A stretch of DNA of 64,000 nucleotides from Candidatus Uabimicrobium helgolandensis (GTDB lineage Bacteria; Planctomycetota; Uabimicrobiia; Uabimicrobiales; Uabimicrobiaceae), in assembly GCF_041508025.1 (NCBI RefSeq), contig NZ_CP165719.1, positions 736,023-800,022 of the forward strand. The letters run 5' to 3'. Shown here piece after piece: positions 29,446 to 38,450 of the stretch; the stretch's first letter is position 1, and every line of letters begins with the position of its first letter. The position numbers were made by a program, and so were the translations under genes. The notes under the pieces were generated by a model. That model searched no databases. It had not been told where the DNA came from and saw only the letters and a program-made list of their open reading frames with translations.

Positions 29446-30039
29446 CTACGCCATATAAATAGTAAGACCAATAGAAACAAATACAGAGCTAACTAAACCA
29501 ACAACTGCCATAACACTTGAAGAGTTTAATTTTCTTTGTGTGCTTCTCTCTAAGTTTTCGCATACTTGTGGAAGAATTTTGTAATTTTGATACAAAATAA
29601 TGGGGGATATCACAAAGGAAAGTCCGTAAACCAGAGACATATAGCCTAATTTGTAATTTTTTTCGGCTACCGCTTTAATAGAGTCATAGTCGCGCAGTAA
29701 ATCTTCGTCTTTTATTTGCTTGCCGTTACTTTCTTTTAAGAGATTAGTGTATCTTTTGTAAACAGAGCATTCTTTGCCTTCATACACTAATTGTAAACAA
29801 ATAGGACACTCTTTTTCTGTTATTTCTTGTTTTTCCAGCTCTATTGCTTCAAGCGAAGGATCAGCTTCTGGCAAAGGTAAAGCAGTTAGTTTCGTAGGCT
29901 GAGGAACTCCAAGAGTTAATGTAGCTAGGCACCTTGGACATTTGATTTTTTTCCCATAAAAATTATCAGGGACACTCTTTCTGTAAGAGCAGAATGGACA
30001 ATCAAAAGGAATAGACATTGCGATTACCTTTATATTCAT
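29446..30039 (-). CDS. Double zinc-ribbon membrane protein (hypothetical)
   Basis: CPFC…CPRC and CPIC…C pairs are present, with two C-terminal TM helices. Confidence 0.55.
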   Translation of the reverse strand: MNIKVIAMSIPFDCPFCSYRKSVPDNFYGKKIKCPRCLATLTLGVPQPTKLTALPLPEADPSLEAIELEKQEITEKECPICLQLVYEGKECSVYKRYTNLLKESNGKQIKDEDLLRDYDSIKAVAEKNYKLGYMSLVYGLSFVISPIILYQNYKILPQVCENLERSTQRKLNSSSVMAVVGLVSSVFVSIGLTIYMA

Positions 30040-30138
30040 TTAAATTTTTTATACATAAGGCATGCAAAAGAAATCTCTTTTTACATGCTTAAAACGATAA
30101 AAATAGAGTCTAGGCTCCATTGCGAATGTTATAAAATG

Positions 30139-30786
30139 CTAGGTAAACAGTTCATCTTGTTCGCCAGCTAATTTTCTTTTTACTGTCGACCAACTATGCC
30201 GAATATAATCAGGAAGAGGTGGTTTGCTTTGACATAGTTTTTGAATAAATTTTTGGGTTTTGGCGTCGGAAGGATAACCAGAACCAAAATCTCCAAATTT
30301 TTTGCGTAGTTTTTCTATTTCATCGTCTCTTTTTACTTTTGCGAGAATACTAGCTGCAGCAACAACAGGATAATTATCATCTGCATGATTTTCAGCAACA
30401 ATACATATTTGACGTTCGTTTAGTAATTTCTCAAGTTGTTCTTTAAATTTATGACCTCCTCTTCCAGGAGCATCAATGTAAACAACATCAGGATACCTTC
30501 TTTTTATAAGTTCTACAGCGACTTCTGCTTCTAAAACATTTAAACGTTTTTTTAAACAGTACTCATCTATTTTAGGAGGGGGAACTACGATAATTTCTGT
30601 TCCAAGTGCTATATCTTTAATTTCATCTACCAAAGCTTCGCGCTTTTTTTGAGTAAGCTTTTTGGAATCTTTGACACCGCATTTTAAAAGTTTATCCCAA
30701 CTTTTTTGTGTAACCATTACTGCGGCCAGTACCATGGGACCTATAACACACCCGCGGCCAGCTTCATCTATACCTAAAATTTTCAT
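30139..30786 (-). CDS. rnhB: Ribonuclease HII
   Basis: The N-terminal MKILGIDEAGRGCVIGPMV, including the catalytic DEAGRG motif, matches RNase HII. Confidence 0.9.
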   Translation of the reverse strand: MKILGIDEAGRGCVIGPMVLAAVMVTQKSWDKLLKCGVKDSKKLTQKKREALVDEIKDIALGTEIIVVPPPKIDEYCLKKRLNVLEAEVAVELIKRRYPDVVYIDAPGRGGHKFKEQLEKLLNERQICIVAENHADDNYPVVAAASILAKVKRDDEIEKLRKKFGDFGSGYPSDAKTQKFIQKLCQSKPPLPDYIRHSWSTVKRKLAGEQDELFT

Positions 30787-31108
30787 TGTAATATGGCGAG
30801 GATGTTCCCGAAGGGAATGCCAATATGTTCTTCATCGTAAATGTTTGCCCCGCACTTCCTTTCTGCATCTTAGAACTTTTGATTGACAAAACATCACTTT
30901 TTGCGTCGATACGTCCTAATAAGTATATAAAAAAGTTTCTTAGTATTCAACATGGTTTCCCACTGTTGCTCACAACTTCAGTATCACAGGCTTAAAACGA
31001 GAAACTAGATTTGTAATTATTTATCGTTTTATCGAAAATTAACTATCGTTCCGACGATTTTACTTTGTAATTTGTTACTAGACATACCGTTTTAGATCTT
31101 TTTCATAA

Positions 31109-32893
31109 TTATTCATCTTCAGAATTTCCGATGCGAATGCCGTAGCTTTGAAGCACAGATATAATACTCGCTATAATTCCTGGCAAAGAGGATCCATTTC
31201 CATCTCCGCTAATATTGACACTATGTTTTGGATGCGGAAGGGATTTGGCAATATCCGGCATCATTGCTATCGCTTGTGATTGAATTTGTTGTTGAGAAAG
31301 CATGTTCGCCGTTTTTTGCCTTTTTTCATCGAAATCGAGCTCTATATTCGTTTGTTTGTTATTTAAGTCATTTCTCTTCTGTTTACATTGCAATTCTGTT
31401 TCGAGTGCAAGGTCTTCGAAATGCGCTTCTAGTTCTTGCTTTCGCTTACGAAGTTTTGCGTCGCTTTCCATTTCAAGTTCTTGTATTTGACGCTTGGCTT
31501 TGATTTTATCTTCTTTTAGCTGATATGAATGAATTTCTAATTCCATATTTTGTTGGCGTTGAGCAAACTCTTTTTCCAATTCGATTGTTTTTATTTTGTG
31601 ATTCAATTGCAATTGTTTTTCGCGAATAACTTGTTGTGCATCTTGTTGTGTTTGTTCTTCTTCAAGCTCTCTTTTATTCACCGTTGATTGGTTTTCAATT
31701 TCTGCTAAGCGCGCGGCAGCCATTTGGCTTGAACGAAATGGTTTCTGTAAATTTTGCCATAAATTTGCCGATGATACGATGGCTTCTTTTATTTGCACTG
31801 TGATAATCTTAATTCCCAAACCACTGTCATCACCGAAACCTTCAGCCACTTCTTTCAAACGTTTTGTCAATTCTTTGATAATCGGTTGTTTGTCGGATAA
31901 AACTTCGTTAATCGACATAGTAGCGACTTTGTCTTTAATAGCCGCTTCTGCTTGCTCTCGTAACTGTAAGGTTACAACGCGCATCGGATCTTCAGCATCA
32001 GAAAAATCGAGACGACGATAGGCCGTTTCTACATCATCAATAATCCACTGAACATAGGCTTGAATTAAAATACCTTGTAATTCTTTGCAAATGGTATTTG
32101 CACTGATAAGAATTGTTTGCATTGAGCTAGGAACAACTAAAAAAGAATCGCTGCGCGGATTATAGCGAAACGACATTCCGAGACCTATGTGTAAAGGTTT
32201 TTCATGCCCTCTACGTGTATGAATAACGTACATGTTGGGAGGTACAACTACAGATTTAAACAATCGCCCTGTTACTTTTACTCCGAGAGAACTAACTATT
32301 TCTTTTTCTTCTTCTTCTATTATTTTGGTGTTGTTATCTTTGCGCGGAGCAGCGGGTTTCGATTTTTTGTGCTTGCGGTTTACACGTAATTGTTTCTCCA
32401 GATTATCTACCTCGGCTATAGCTTGCTGCATATAAATATTACCTTTGGCGTCCATAGATTCCTCCTGATTTTGTGGATTGTTTTCAAAATTTGTAATACG
32501 AACAGGTATAACATTACTTGGTTTATTTGTCATGTTTATTTCGTTTGAAAAATTCCCTCCAGATTCATCGTTTGAATCGTCAATATCACTGTCGCAATCG
32601 TTAATACCACTATCGGAATCGTTGACATCACTGTCGGAATCGTCAAAGCTGCTGTCAAAATCGTCGTCGTTTAAGTTGCTTGCGTTTTTCTTAACAATAA
32701 AACAATCTTGTTCCTCATCAAATATGCTGGCGCTAGGTAAATCGCTAAATATATCTTCTGCAGGCATATTACTTTGAGGTACAATGTCTAGAAAAGGGGC
32801 ATCTTGTTCTTGTTCTTCTTCGTCGCTAAATATGTCAGGCTCTTCATTTTCAAACAAATTTTGGGGCGACATACGTTGTTGTCTTCTTCTCAA
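31109..32893 (-). CDS. SPFH/flotillin-like protein with poly-acidic N-terminal extension and long C-terminal coiled coil
   Basis: The central SPFH-like region is NMYVIHTRRGH…IQAYVQWIIDD…ITVQIKEAIV. The N-terminal 150 aa are D/S/E-rich (DDSDSDVNDSDSGINDCDSDIDDSNDE), encoded by an about 21-nt DNA microsatellite at about 32560-32680. A K/E/Q-rich coiled coil follows. Confidence 0.6.
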   Translation of the reverse strand: MRRRQQRMSPQNLFENEEPDIFSDEEEQEQDAPFLDIVPQSNMPAEDIFSDLPSASIFDEEQDCFIVKKNASNLNDDDFDSSFDDSDSDVNDSDSGINDCDSDIDDSNDESGGNFSNEINMTNKPSNVIPVRITNFENNPQNQEESMDAKGNIYMQQAIAEVDNLEKQLRVNRKHKKSKPAAPRKDNNTKIIEEEEKEIVSSLGVKVTGRLFKSVVVPPNMYVIHTRRGHEKPLHIGLGMSFRYNPRSDSFLVVPSSMQTILISANTICKELQGILIQAYVQWIIDDVETAYRRLDFSDAEDPMRVVTLQLREQAEAAIKDKVATMSINEVLSDKQPIIKELTKRLKEVAEGFGDDSGLGIKIITVQIKEAIVSSANLWQNLQKPFRSSQMAAARLAEIENQSTVNKRELEEEQTQQDAQQVIREKQLQLNHKIKTIELEKEFAQRQQNMELEIHSYQLKEDKIKAKRQIQELEMESDAKLRKRKQELEAHFEDLALETELQCKQKRNDLNNKQTNIELDFDEKRQKTANMLSQQQIQSQAIAMMPDIAKSLPHPKHSVNISGDGNGSSLPGIIASIISVLQSYGIRIGNSEDE

Positions 32894-33004
32894 AACATGT
32901 CCTTTATCGTTTACGTTACTATATAGAGTATAGCACTACATTGATTCTTGCAGTACGGTTGACTTGGAATCGTCGGTGTTTTTTATTGCAAGATAATATA
33001 TATT

Positions 33005-34213
33005 ATGTTATGTTCACCAATTATGAAAACAAAAAAACAATACACTGTGTTATGTAAAATTATATGTGTAATTTCTTGTTATGCAATCGCATTTTTTATA
33101 ACCGATCCAACTCTTTCGAAGTGGAACAATCAACAAGTTATTACAACGACAAACCACGAAACAGAGCAACCCGCATTTTCTACGACATATATCGCTCCTG
33201 AATTTCCACATGAAAAAAATCATGTATCTTCTATTACTCCGTTAGATGAAAATCGCATAATGTGTGTGTGGTATGCAGGATCAAAAGAAGGAGCTCCTGA
33301 TGTTTCTATTTATGCGGCTATTCGTGAAAAAAACAAATGGTCTTCTCCACAACGCCTTGTCGATTTAAATATTAGTTCAAAAGAACTAAATCGTTACGTT
33401 CGCAAGGTAGGCAATGCAGTTGTTTTTAAAGACGCAGAAGATACTTTATGGCTTTTCTATTGTAGTGTTAGTCTTGGTGGTTGGGCAATGGCAAGAACTA
33501 ATTACCGTTACTCGCGCGATAACGGAAAAACTTGGAGTCGAAGTAAGGAACTCTTTTTAAATCCATTTTTGAGTTTAAGCAATAATGTAAAAAATAAGCC
33601 TCTTGTATTTAAAAACGGTAGCTTTTTATTACCTCTCTACCAAGAATTTATTAATAAATATGGCATTGCGTTATGGGGAAAATGGGAAGACAATGAACTC
33701 AAATACATAGTAAAGCGTATTGGAAATCATCAGCGAACTTTACAACCAACACTTGTTCGTAGTGAAGATGCTGGTCTAATAGCTTTTTTTCGTAATCGTG
33801 ATAAAGGTTCGATGTTGCAATCAAAAAGTATAAATTCTGGTATAAATTGGTCACCAGTAAAAAAGGCAAATTTACCCAATCCTAATTCTGGTTTTGATAT
33901 GTTGCATATTCGCGAAAAGGAATTTATTGGTGTTATTAACTATTCTCCTACAGAGCGCGATAATCTTGTGCTTGTTTATACCAATAATAGCGGTAAAAAA
34001 TGGCATATTTTACACTATCTGGAAACAGCTATCCCTGTCGAACAAGATGAGCGCTTTAAGCTTATCGGCAAAAAATCACATTACTATCAATATCCAAGCA
34101 TAATAAAACACAATGGAAACTATCATCTCTCTTATACTTGCTTCGAAAAAATAAAACATACTACGTTTAATGAGGTATGGTTACGTGAAAAAATAAAAAA
34201 GGTGAACAAATGA
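33005..34213 (+). CDS. BNR/Asp-box repeat protein (sialidase/exo-alpha-sialidase-like glycosyl hydrolase fold)
   Basis: Asp-box motifs SRDNGKTWS, SEDAGLIAF, NSGINWSP and NNSGKKWH are present, with an N-terminal hydrophobic signal. The start is uncertain (33005 or 33023). Confidence 0.65.
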   Translation: MLCSPIMKTKKQYTVLCKIICVISCYAIAFFITDPTLSKWNNQQVITTTNHETEQPAFSTTYIAPEFPHEKNHVSSITPLDENRIMCVWYAGSKEGAPDVSIYAAIREKNKWSSPQRLVDLNISSKELNRYVRKVGNAVVFKDAEDTLWLFYCSVSLGGWAMARTNYRYSRDNGKTWSRSKELFLNPFLSLSNNVKNKPLVFKNGSFLLPLYQEFINKYGIALWGKWEDNELKYIVKRIGNHQRTLQPTLVRSEDAGLIAFFRNRDKGSMLQSKSINSGINWSPVKKANLPNPNSGFDMLHIREKEFIGVINYSPTERDNLVLVYTNNSGKKWHILHYLETAIPVEQDERFKLIGKKSHYYQYPSIIKHNGNYHLSYTCFEKIKHTTFNEVWLREKIKKVNK

Positions 34214-34797
34214 TGCATGGATTAATAGAGTACGCAACTATCTTTCTATTTGTGTTGTGGATAAGTAATAAGATTTTTACAAATTTGTTTATTGCAATTT
34301 TAATTGGTGCTTGTAGCCTGTATATTCCCCTAGGAGAACTTACTCTAGCGCAATATATATTGTCATATCATCCAAGCTTTTCTTTTTCCAGCTGTGCACT
34401 ATGTGGCCTTTTAGTATATCACCAATCTTTGGATGAACTACTCCTTACAAAAAAAGATATGAAGTACTTTTTGTGGGGAAATGTTGTACTTGGAACAACT
34501 TTATATTTGAGTTCTTTTGCAATCATACCTTTTGATATTTATTTTTATGGGTTTTTCTTCTCTGAGTGGTTTGTCGTTTTTCTTGTTATAAATTTATTTT
34601 GCATTTTACTTAAATATAATACTATTTTTTACATTTTGTTGGGCTGTATATTCTCTTTTCTTATGCACTTTGGTTATTCTCCCAACTATTTTGACTATCT
34701 CATAGATCCTCTATTATTTTTGTGTTGTACAGGAATTTTAATAAAAAACAATGTTGTCGAGTGGTTTCGTAAAAAAAATCGATCCACTTCTAGTTAG
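34210..34797 (+). CDS. Polytopic membrane protein (hypothetical)
   Basis: About 6 hydrophobic helices. An ATGA overlap with the upstream BNR gene stop suggests translational coupling. Confidence 0.5.
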   Translation: MMHGLIEYATIFLFVLWISNKIFTNLFIAILIGACSLYIPLGELTLAQYILSYHPSFSFSSCALCGLLVYHQSLDELLLTKKDMKYFLWGNVVLGTTLYLSSFAIIPFDIYFYGFFFSEWFVVFLVINLFCILLKYNTIFYILLGCIFSFLMHFGYSPNYFDYLIDPLLFLCCTGILIKNNVVEWFRKKNRSTSS

Positions 34798-34808
34798 AAA
34801 GTTTAGTC

Positions 34809-35483
34809 ATGTTTCGCGAAAAAAACTCGTGGATTGAATACCTTGTAGTATTTACAGTATTTACATTCGTTATTATCGGAATTTTCTTATCTATTTATAA
34901 TTTAGATTACTACCGCAATTCTTACGCAGTAGAAGATGGACTCATTGAATGGCTTACAGTTGTTTCATTGTTATTTGCTAGCATGATTTGTGTAGTAAGA
35001 GCATTCAAAATCAGACTAAAGCGCGGTTCTCTTTTTCTTGCGTGTTTATGTTTCTCGAGTTTAGTATTTATTTTTGGTGCAGGAGAAGAAATTTCTTGGG
35101 GGCAAAGAATATTCGATATCCAAAGCTCTGAATTTTTTCAACAGCACAATGCACAAAAAGAAACAAATTTTCACAATTTAAAAATTGGCGGAGTTAAAAT
35201 TAATAAACTACTCTTTGGAACTATCCTATCTATTGTCGTTGTTATATACTTAACATTGTTCCCTATAGCTTATAGACGCACTGATTGGGGAAAGAAAATA
35301 ATAGATATGTTTGCTATTCCTCTTCCCAAACTACTCTATATAATGAGTTATGCAGCTTTGTTCTTGATACTTCTCACCATACCTACAAAAAACCGCGGTG
35401 AATTGTTAGAGTTTGGAGGAGCAACACTGTTTGCTTTTATTGTATTATTTCCAGCGAACAAAGAATTGTTTGAAAGTACCTAA
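34809..35483 (+). CDS. Polytopic membrane protein (hypothetical)
   Basis: About 5 hydrophobic helices, 11 nt after the previous gene. Confidence 0.5.
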   Translation: MFREKNSWIEYLVVFTVFTFVIIGIFLSIYNLDYYRNSYAVEDGLIEWLTVVSLLFASMICVVRAFKIRLKRGSLFLACLCFSSLVFIFGAGEEISWGQRIFDIQSSEFFQQHNAQKETNFHNLKIGGVKINKLLFGTILSIVVVIYLTLFPIAYRRTDWGKKIIDMFAIPLPKLLYIMSYAALFLILLTIPTKNRGELLEFGGATLFAFIVLFPANKELFEST

Positions 35484-35499
35484 TTAGTTTCGGAGTGTA

Positions 35500-35766
35500 G
35501 GGCGTGTCATCATTCAATACAGATAAAAATATAACGGATTCATTTAATGATACGCCAGTAGTATTGAGCCCGAGCCCGTTTGCGAGCCCGCGCCCGAAAA
35601 CTTTTTGAGAGCGACAGAAAGTGATTTATTGGTTCAATACTAGTTTTTTGCGATGGAAAAAGAAACTTTGCTTCTTTGATAAATTGTTAGTGAAAGTTTC
35701 GGAAACGGACTCACAAATGGGCTCGGGCTCGAAAAAACACACAATATTTTGAATGATGACACGCCC
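35500..35766 (+). mobile_element. MITE copy B (267 bp)
   Basis: The 19-bp TIR is gggcgtgtcatcattcaat/…attttgaatgatgacacgccc. Internal 25-bp inverted repeats gagcccgagcccgtttgcgagcccg / cgggctcgcaaatgggctcgggctc are present. It is about 98% identical to copy C. Confidence 0.9.
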
Positions 35767-36020
35767 TGGTTAAAAATAATTTACTGATTTTATCTGTCGC
35801 GACTATGTACGTCCAGATAACCAGTTCATTAGTAAAATTTCTATGTAAAATTTGGTGTATTGTTTTTCGCTACACTCTCAATACATACTCTATATAAAAT
35901 CTTTAACGTTCTAAGTGGTTACTTTTAACTTCTTTAAAATATTTTTCAAAAAAAATAGCGTTTTAAAATATTGATACAAAACGTCTTAGGTAAAACTTTC
36001 TTATTTTTTATTTTTTTGTA

Positions 36021-36048
36021 TTGATTTTTAAATTACTTCATCTATAAT
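36021..36048 (+). promoter_or_regulatory. Putative sigma70-type promoter for tRNA-Pro (TTGATT-16 nt-TATAAT)
   Basis: The -35 box is at 36021-26 and the -10 box at 36043-48, placing the predicted TSS about at the mature tRNA 5' end (36056). Confidence 0.5.
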
Positions 36049-36055
36049 TACGGGC

Positions 36056-36130
<75 letters not shown>

Positions 36131-36137
36131 TACTATA

Positions 36138-37616
36138 ATGAAACATTTCTATAAAAACACAAAAAACTTCCGCAAAAACACAGAAGCATTATCCTCATAC
36201 ATTATACATCAACGTTGGTATCGAGGGAAATCACAATCCAACCACAACATTTCTATCGATGATGTTATTGAAATTGCAAATGAACAATATATTTTTATTG
36301 TAACGGCAAACAATTCTATAAAACATAAATACATTCTTTTTCTAATTCTCTCTGAACAAAAACAACAAAATTCTATGTTTAATTTATATATAGATAATAA
36401 ACAATTATTTGTTTATGATGGATGTCAAAATGAGGAATATTGTAATAATCTGTGGAACATAATACAATTTCCAGATACATATCGTAATTTGAGTAGCTTT
36501 ATTATTCATCAAAATTTAGATCTCTCAATTAACAACTCAAAACTGCAAGATATTGAGCAGAGCAATACGAACATCATCTATGATGATCGCTTGTTACTCA
36601 AAATATTTAGGCAACCTCAACCTGGCACCAATCCTGATTTAGAAATAAATGTCTTTTTAAGCGAACAAGGTTTTTGTCACGTACCAAAAACAGTCGCTGC
36701 TATTCGTTATACATCAGACAGTGGTAAAATTTTCGATATTGCTATTGTCCAAGAATTAGTGAAAAACGCTAAAGATTGCTGGGAGCATACCGTCGATTTA
36801 GCAAGTAAGTTTTTAGTCCAAAATCGCGAAGAAAATTTAGCACAACGTTCGATTTTTAGCAGTTTAAAAACAATACCAAGCACAATGGAGTTATCCGCTA
36901 ATTTTGCCAAATTACTAGGGCAACGAACAGCCGAACTTCACCTAGCACTTACTAATACTAATGACAATGCTGATTTCACGCCATCAAAAATCGATAATCT
37001 TTATTTACTAAATCTATATAAAGGTTTTTGTGGTATATTGCAAGAGGTTGTCGATACATTAGAGAATAGTGATATGAGGACTAATCACAATGTCATTAAA
37101 TTTCTTGAGGCAAAGAATTATCTACAAACGCACTTTGAATCGTTGACAACGATAAAAACAGAGGGATTCCGTATTCGCTGCCATGGAGACTATCATCTTG
37201 GACAAATTTTAAAGTTAGAAACAGACATTGTTATTCTAGACTTTGAAGGCGAACCACTTCGTCCCATAGAAGAAAGGCGCCAAAAACAATCTCCTTTTAA
37301 AGATGTAGCAGGAATGATTCGTTCTTTTAACTATGCTGGATTTAAAGCCGCCATGGATTTAGGAACTACAGATATCTCTCGTGCAAACTATTGGGGGAAT
37401 ATTGTTTCCACAACATTTTTAAGTGAATACCTGAAAGTCGCTGAAAGTGGAAAGTTTTTATCGCAGAATAAACAACAACAAAGAGTTCTACTACAATTAT
37501 TCTTGTTTGATAAAGCTCTTTATGAATTGAAATATGAATTGAACAATCGCCCTGACTGGGTTCATATACCACTATCTGGTATAATCTCATTATTAAATGA
37601 TGTCATCGAAAAATAA
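36138..37616 (+). CDS. Maltokinase-like (Mak/Pep2 family) APH-fold kinase
   Basis: The C-terminal catalytic motifs RCHGDYHLGQIL and ILDFEGEP match maltokinase. The ATG lies 7 nt after the tRNA 3' end, so the longer ORF start at 36072 overlaps the tRNA and was rejected. Confidence 0.65.
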   Translation: MKHFYKNTKNFRKNTEALSSYIIHQRWYRGKSQSNHNISIDDVIEIANEQYIFIVTANNSIKHKYILFLILSEQKQQNSMFNLYIDNKQLFVYDGCQNEEYCNNLWNIIQFPDTYRNLSSFIIHQNLDLSINNSKLQDIEQSNTNIIYDDRLLLKIFRQPQPGTNPDLEINVFLSEQGFCHVPKTVAAIRYTSDSGKIFDIAIVQELVKNAKDCWEHTVDLASKFLVQNREENLAQRSIFSSLKTIPSTMELSANFAKLLGQRTAELHLALTNTNDNADFTPSKIDNLYLLNLYKGFCGILQEVVDTLENSDMRTNHNVIKFLEAKNYLQTHFESLTTIKTEGFRIRCHGDYHLGQILKLETDIVILDFEGEPLRPIEERRQKQSPFKDVAGMIRSFNYAGFKAAMDLGTTDISRANYWGNIVSTTFLSEYLKVAESGKFLSQNKQQQRVLLQLFLFDKALYELKYELNNRPDWVHIPLSGIISLLNDVIEK

Positions 37617-37748
37617 TTAGTTTTACCTAGCTCAACAAACAATTGAGTTCTCAGAAGCTTTACTTCAAGTATTCGTATATTAAAGACCTCGACTTCAGTA
37701 CCTAAATACATTCAGTGGTACAATTTTTGGTTGAATGCCCTTAAATTA

Positions 37749-38013
37749 GGGCGTGTCATCATTCAATACAGATAAAAATATAACGGATTCATTTAATGAT
37801 ACGCCAGTAGTATTGAGCCCGAGCCCGTTTGCGAGCCCGCGCCCGAAAACTTTTTGAGAGCGACAGAAAGTGATTTATTGGTTCAATACTAGTTTTTTGC
37901 GATGGAAAAAGAAACTTTGCTTCTTTGATAAATTGTTAGTGAAAGTTTCGGAAACGGGCTCGCAAATGGGCTCGGGCTCGAAAACACACAATATTTTGAA
38001 TGATGACACGCCC
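37749..38013 (+). mobile_element. MITE copy C (265 bp)
   Basis: It has the same TIRs and interior as copy B and lies in direct orientation relative to B. Confidence 0.9.
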
Positions 38014-38450
38014 TAAGTAAAATTGACAAATTGCATAAAACTTTTACTACTCGCTTCCGTGATAGAGCTTTACTATAGTCTATTGCAAAGGTTACATTCA
38101 TTATTTGAACGGCTGAATGCATTCTACTTCTCTCCTCTAAAATTGTACAAAAGAATTTTAGTTCTTTTAAAGGCATTATCTTTGGAATCTTTCCAGTATT
38201 ATAAAGGATGAATGTCTTTACTTCTTTGGATTTTTTAGTTTGAAAGAGTGGTGAATTCGCACTATTTTCCTATGTAAGTTATCAATAAACTTGACGACTA
38301 ATAACAAAAATTGATTTACTTACAATGTTTTGTCAAATAAAGTACGCATTTTCCTTTTCTTATTATTCAATTTTATGAGTACGTTTTGAGAAAGCGCTGC
38401 TTACAAAGATCCAAGTAAAACTCCTGAAATCATTCAGAAAGGATTTTCTT

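Noticed and set aside
31228-32777. Plus-strand ORFs (31228-31503, 31302-31490, 31779-32021, 32478-32777) inside the flotillin-like gene
   Set aside because: They are antisense to a strongly supported CDS. Their low-complexity S/L-rich translations are typical of shadow frames of an acidic coding microsatellite.
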